Source: Eledone cirrhosa (taxonomy: Eukaryota). From it: DNA of 64,000 nt. Location: positions 9,238,001 to 9,302,000 of the forward strand of contig OZ024747.1 in assembly GCA_964016885.1 (NCBI GenBank), read 5' to 3'. Under the pieces are notes generated by a model, which saw only the letters and a program-made list of their open reading frames with translations, was not told where the DNA came from and ran no database searches. This document shows, piece by piece, positions 59,501-64,000 of this stretch (within the stretch, counting starts at the first letter, position 1; the number at the start of each line of letters is the position of its first letter). The translations under genes and the position numbers were made by a program.

Positions 59501-60532
59501 ACAAAGATACAGTAATGGACTACAAATTTCAGAAGTCCCATTTACTGCTGAAATGGAAAACACAGAAAAAGCAAAGCAGGTAAAAGTAACTGCAAAGAAA
59601 GAACTGCTACAGAAACTGGCTAAGAAATGGCAAGAAAAGCCTCTGTATGGAAAATACCCAGAGCGAGCTAACAATCCTGATGTTGACAAAACTTTAACCC
59701 ATCAGTGGTTGGCATCCTCTGGACTGAAATCGGAGACTGAAGGACTGATTATATCCGCACAAGATCAGTGTCTGCCAACAAAAAATTACCAAGCCAACAT
59801 AATAAAAAATGGGTGCAGCCCACTATGCCGTGTATGCAAAAAACAACCAGAGACCATTGACCATATAATTTCAATGTGCAGTCCCATAGCTCCAACCGAA
59901 TACCTAAACAGGCATGACAGAGCTGCACAATACATACATTGGATAATGTGTAAGCATTTTGACCTGCCCCATCAAAAGAATTGGTGGGAGCATCAACCAC
60001 CTCCCATACTTGAAAAAGATCACATCTCAATCTTGTGGAACTTTAGCATCCAAACAGACCGAAAAATAGATGCAAATAGACCTGATATAATATTGAAGGA
60101 CTTTCAAAGGAGGGTATGCCTGCTAATTGATATGTCTGTTCCAATAGACAAGAATGTATCTATAAAAACATTTGAAAAATTGAGCAAGTATAAGGACCTG
60201 GAGATAGAAATTGGAAAAATGTGGAAATTGAGAACTAAAACAATACCAGTGGTTGTAGGCGCTCTGGGAATGATACCTAAGGGGTCTAACGACTACTTAT
60301 CGCAAATCCCAGGAAACCCGCGTATAGGAGAAATACAAAAGATAGTACTAATGGGAACTGCCCATATACTAAGGAAGATCCTGTCAATATAAGTACATCA
60401 CAAGTCTAAACACTAAGGATGCATGTGTGAATATGTGTGTTCTTTCTTGAACATGGCGGACCTTGTTGTCTCTTGAGGTCACTGGTTGTGACTTGGTGAT
60501 AACTCGTATAAACATAAAGCAAGATAAATGCA

Positions 60533-60534
<2 letters not shown>
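56547..60534 (+). mobile_element. Apparently full-length Dong/R4-like LINE inserted in a (TAA)n microsatellite
   Basis: ORF with a ~195-nt 5' leader and ~140-nt 3' UTR (hairpin aggtcac-tggtt-gtgactt). (TAA)n on both sides at ~56505-56547 and ~60535-60562. Dong-family elements are known to target TAA repeats. Boundaries approximate. Confidence 0.85.
56742..60392 (+). CDS. Intact ORF of an R4/Dong-clade non-LTR retrotransposon: reverse transcriptase, CCHC zinc knuckle and restriction-like endonuclease
   Basis: Uninterrupted 1216-aa ORF. RT motifs KSPGKDKI, NYRPITCL, WIDYKKAFDS, GIFQGDSLSPLLF, HLFYMDDLKLF and YLPRKEGGRGL. CRVC..ETIDHIISMC knuckle. RHD and RPD..ID..K..KY endonuclease motifs. Myb-like N-terminal segment KWSREDNKEVLEAFY. 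Confidence 0.95.
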   Translation: MSNDEISYRIGRHPGKKGPRPSERNQTGVEKSANGSNLPITSELETSHNRNTPTVGPPCSPPRNPKKKREKWSREDNKEVLEAFYTAMYYPSNTSNTEQTYINWKKKHPENRGYIDSNKLANIRRNIVRKKLLTDIEIDQIKLVAQSQRRENEACVSENEVNCNTSNPRVGAESLATEQIKERSEKVEGVHAQDETLNENNEIVNDKEMNENELANLKDEIMIEWMKMKESDMGERDTLPKIQNSKQNQKIIHKTNIILKNIIITNKINITDLNHLYYASAKVTTHLCGVKMKKQRNSHKKSTWQDNINRQINLLRSDIEILTNYKVGEHVKQTKLRKLKKKYNIRSTCDIDMLIETIKQKVSAKAARIRRFEKRSRFYKDNNMFKNNQRNFYRKIGKSTITAKSIPPKEEVQEFWEKIWAEEKVHNIHAPWIDRQMKETAHLEEQTWENITVEQLRLALRKTSKWKSPGKDKIQNFWINAFTESHELLAQLYNEIVKEPEKIPSWLVNGITFLLPKNDETNNPKNYRPITCLTTMYKILTSVLTEYTYDHLITNDLFPIEQKGCKRGSYGCKDQLLVNKMILEDCHNRHKNLSIAWIDYKKAFDSLPHSWIEKCLEIFKISPVVRRFLSFSMRTWRTTLLLNSETKSLEAGEVNINCGIFQGDSLSPLLFCIALIPLSKMLNETKHGYRVYDKTINHLFYMDDLKLFAKNDEQLQGLLSTVKQFSDDIKMEFGLDKCAKATFTRGKLLKSSDINLDRGNVIRELDQEQTYKYLGVCEGDGIKHSTMRERIRKECYRRVRAILRTELNARNRIDAINTLAIPVVTYSYNVINWSSTEIRRLDTKIRKFLTMHRMHHPKADIDRIYLPRKEGGRGLIQLDIALKTATIGLSTYLRESHDWMIKLVLKHESTKRSYSITKDAQRYSNGLQISEVPFTAEMENTEKAKQVKVTAKKELLQKLAKKWQEKPLYGKYPERANNPDVDKTLTHQWLASSGLKSETEGLIISAQDQCLPTKNYQANIIKNGCSPLCRVCKKQPETIDHIISMCSPIAPTEYLNRHDRAAQYIHWIMCKHFDLPHQKNWWEHQPPPILEKDHISILWNFSIQTDRKIDANRPDIILKDFQRRVCLLIDMSVPIDKNVSIKTFEKLSKYKDLEIEIGKMWKLRTKTIPVVVGALGMIPKGSNDYLSQIPGNPRIGEIQKIVLMGTAHILRKILSI

Positions 60535-60562
<28 letters not shown>

Positions 60563-60563
<1 letters not shown>

Positions 60564-60878
60564 TTTTCTTTATTAACCACAAGGGTTCACATAAAGTAGA
60601 CATTAAGGACAGTACAGGACAATACAGGACGGTACAAATGGGCATTTCTGCGTGTAAAAAAACAGAGGTTGAAATAAAATAACAAAGAAAAATTCCCCAA
60701 TAGGGGGGAGACTTCCAAGGGACATTTGTGGAGAAAGCCCATTAAAAGACCACAGTGGCCCTGACCACCAGGGCAAGTGCCCTCTCCCAGTTTTCCACCT
60801 TTAATTTACAGACACATACTCAGAGAAGGCCCATTCATTCGGGCCATACTTGCTTCTCTCACCTATCTTTCAACAAAA
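60563..60878 (-). mobile_element. Short 3' fragment of the same L1/Tx1-like element
   Basis: Highly similar to 46738-47062. Confidence 0.8.
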
Positions 60879-61085
60879 GAAGAACTCTAAACACTTTTCC
60901 CTCAACGATAATCCTAGAGTTTCTTCTACCTATAATTACGTTGTGGCATACTATTGCATTCTTGGTGGTAATTGAAATGGGAAATTATTAGTATATGACT
61001 CAGGTGTAATTAAACAATAATAGTGTGCCAAAGACTTCTATTGGAATCACCAAGAATTCTCTGGCAACCCGGTTTTATCACCAAT

Positions 61086-61572
61086 TCATTCACACATCAC
61101 TTCTAATATACACATATATACACAAGTTCCCATATATACACATATGTACACAAGTTCCCATATATATTCACACGTCATTTCTAATATACACTTACATACA
61201 CAAGTTCCCATATATATTCATACGTCATTTCTAATATACATATATACACAATTTCCCATATATATACACACGTTACTTCTAATATACACATATATACACA
61301 AGTTCCCATATATACGCATATATACGCATATATACACACGTTCCTATATATATTCACACGTCACTTCTATTATACAGATATATACACACGTTCCTATATA
61401 TATTCACACATCACTTCTAATATACACATATGTACACAAGTTCCCATATATATTCACACGTCATTTCTAATATACACAGATATACACAAGTTCCCATATA
61501 TATACATATATGCACAAGTTCCTATATATATATTTAAACGTCACTTCTAATATACACATATATACACAAGTT
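61086..61572. repeat. Degenerate ~45-50-bp minisatellite
   Basis: Recurrent attcacacgtca(c/t)ttctaatatacacatatatacacaagttcccatatat. Confidence 0.85.
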
Positions 61573-61680
61573 CCCCCCATATCTAATGTTATGTTCCTAT
61601 ATACATATTTATATAATCTTGCATAGCTTCGTCTTAACTGACATCATTATCTCGTTATCTTTAAATAATTGTTACATCGT

Positions 61681-62393
61681 AAACACGCCAAAAGGCTCTA
61701 AACACACCAAAAGGCTCTAAACACGCCAAAAGGCTCTAAACACGCCAAAAGGCTCTAAACACGCCAAAAAGGCTCTAAACACACCAAAAGGCTCTAAACA
61801 CGCCAAAAGGCTCTAAACACACCAAAAAGGCTCTAAACACGCCAAAAAGGCTCTAAACACGCCAAAAGGCTCTAAACACGCCAAAAGGCTCTAAACACAC
61901 CAAAAAGGCTCTAAACACGCCAAAAGGCTCTAAACACGCCAAAAGGCTCTAAACACGCCAAAAGGCTCTAAACACGCCAAAAGGCTCTAAACACGCCAAA
62001 AGGCTCTAAACACGTCAAAAGGCTCTAAACACACCAAAAGGCTCTAAACACGCCAAAAAGGCTCTAAACACGCCAAAAGGCTCTAAACACGCCAAAAGGC
62101 TCTAAACACACCAAAAAGGCTCTAAACACGCCAAAAAGGCTCTAAACACGCCAAAAGGCTCTAAACACGCCAAAAGGCTCTAAACACGCCAAAAAGGTTC
62201 TAAACACGCCAAAAGGCTCTAAACACGCCAAAAGGCTCTAAACACGCCAAAAAGGCTCTAAACACGCCAAAAGGCTCTAAACACGCCAAAAAGGCTCTAA
62301 ACACACCAAAAGGCTCTAAACACGCCAAAAGGCTTTAAACACGCCAAAAGGCTCTAAACACGCCAAAAGGCTCTAAACACGCCAAAAGGCTCT
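61681..62393. repeat. 19/20-bp minisatellite, about 37 copies
   Basis: Unit aaacac(g/a)ccaaaa(a)ggctct. Confidence 0.97.
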
Positions 62394-62914
62394 TATATAT
62401 ACTAGCAGAAAAAACACCCAACGGTGGTTTTCTGCTAGCATGTGTAGTGTGCATATTGATATTATAGACAAGTATATATACATGTAGATACGATACATCA
62501 AATAAAATTGCAATTGACAATATACACAGAAATTGAACGAAGACTGCGTTACACTGTCTTATGTAATCAGTAACGTAATCCATTGACGGAAATATATGAC
62601 TGTTTATTTAAGCGATCACTAACCGGAAGTGTTGATATTAGAAAATTTTAAAGAAGTGAATCTTAAAATAAGCGACAAAATTATTTATATTTAATCAAGA
62701 ATAACGAAATTTAGTAGATAAATTATGTAATATTCATTCATTATTTATTCAAAGTAATCCAACTTATTTTACAAACGGGATAAAAAAATATATTCTGGAC
62801 GCTGTCCCGTATCCTCCCTTTATTATAGTTTAGATATATATGTTTCTCTATTTATACGTTGTAGGTTTTAGGAATGTAATATCTCTCTCTCTCCAAATAT
62901 ATCTATCTATATAT

Positions 62915-64000
62915 ACATTCTAGGTACTAAGAATGTAATATCTATATCTACATTCTAGGTACTAAGAATGTAATATCTATATCTACATTGTAGGTACTAA
63001 GAATGTAATATCTATATCTACATTGTAGGTACTAAGAATGTAATATCTATTGTAGGTACTAAGAATGTAATATCTATATCTACATTGTAGGTACTAAGAA
63101 TGTAATATCTATTGTAGGTACTAAGAATGTAATATCTATATCTACATTGTAGGTACTAAGAATGTAATACCTATATCTACATTGTAGGTACTAAGAATGT
63201 AATATCTATTGTAGGTACTAAGAATGTAATATCTATTGTAGGTACTAAGAATGTAATATCTATATCTACATTGTAGGTACTAAGAATGTAATATCTATTG
63301 TAGGTACTAAGAATGTAATATCTATATCTACATTGTAGGTACTAAGAATGAAATATCTATATCTACATTGTAGGTACTAAGAATGAAATATCTATTGTAG
63401 GTACTAAGAATGTAATATCTATATCTACATTGTAGGTACTAAGAATGTAATATCTATATCTACATTGTAGGTACTAAGAATGAAATATCTATTGTAGGTA
63501 CTAAGAATGTAATATCTATATCTACATTGTAGGTACTAAGAATGTAATATCTATTGTAGGTACTAAGAATGTAATATCTATTGTAGGTACTAAGAATGTA
63601 ATATCTATTGTAGGTACTAAGAATGTAATATCTATATCTACATTGTAGGTACTAAGAATGTAATATCTATATCTACATTGTAGGTACTAAGAATGTAATA
63701 TCTATATCTACATTGTAGGTACTAAGAATGTAATATCTATTGTAGGTACTAAGAATGTAATATCTATTGTAGGTACTAAGAATGTAATATCTATATCTAC
63801 ATTGTAGGTACTAAGAATGTAATATCTATTGTAGGTACTAAGAATGTAATATCTATATCTACATTGTAGGTACTAAGAATGTAATATCTATTGTAGGTAC
63901 TAAGAATGTAATATCTATATCTACATTGTAGGTACTAAGAATGTAATATCTATTGTAGGTACTAAGAATGTAATATCTATATCTACATTGTAGGTACTAA
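62915..64000. repeat. 35/27-bp minisatellite running off the window end
   Basis: Unit taggtactaagaatgtaatatctat[atctacat]tg. Confidence 0.97.

Overview
Eukaryotic, AT-rich, microsatellite-saturated DNA with no recognisable host gene. The repeat style and SINE types suggest a mollusc such as an octopus; this is inference only. Nearly every ORF in the supplied track is a microsatellite artefact. The one intact coding sequence is a 1216-aa R4/Dong-clade non-LTR retrotransposon (RT, CCHC, restriction-like endonuclease) at 56742-60392, inserted in (TAA)n. The rest is tRNA-derived SINEs, RTE, L1/Tx1, mariner and hAT remnants, MITE-like hairpins and minisatellites (38-bp, 19-bp and 35/27-bp units). 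The main unannotated signal is a dense population of short modules embedded in (TA)n that carry type I hammerhead ribozymes. They fall into five sequence families with about 14 full or decayed cores plus several half-cores. They resemble Penelope-like element pseudo-LTRs or retrozymes. Many are fold-back palindromes whose inversion point lies in or next to the ribozyme. All structures were read by eye and none is validated.
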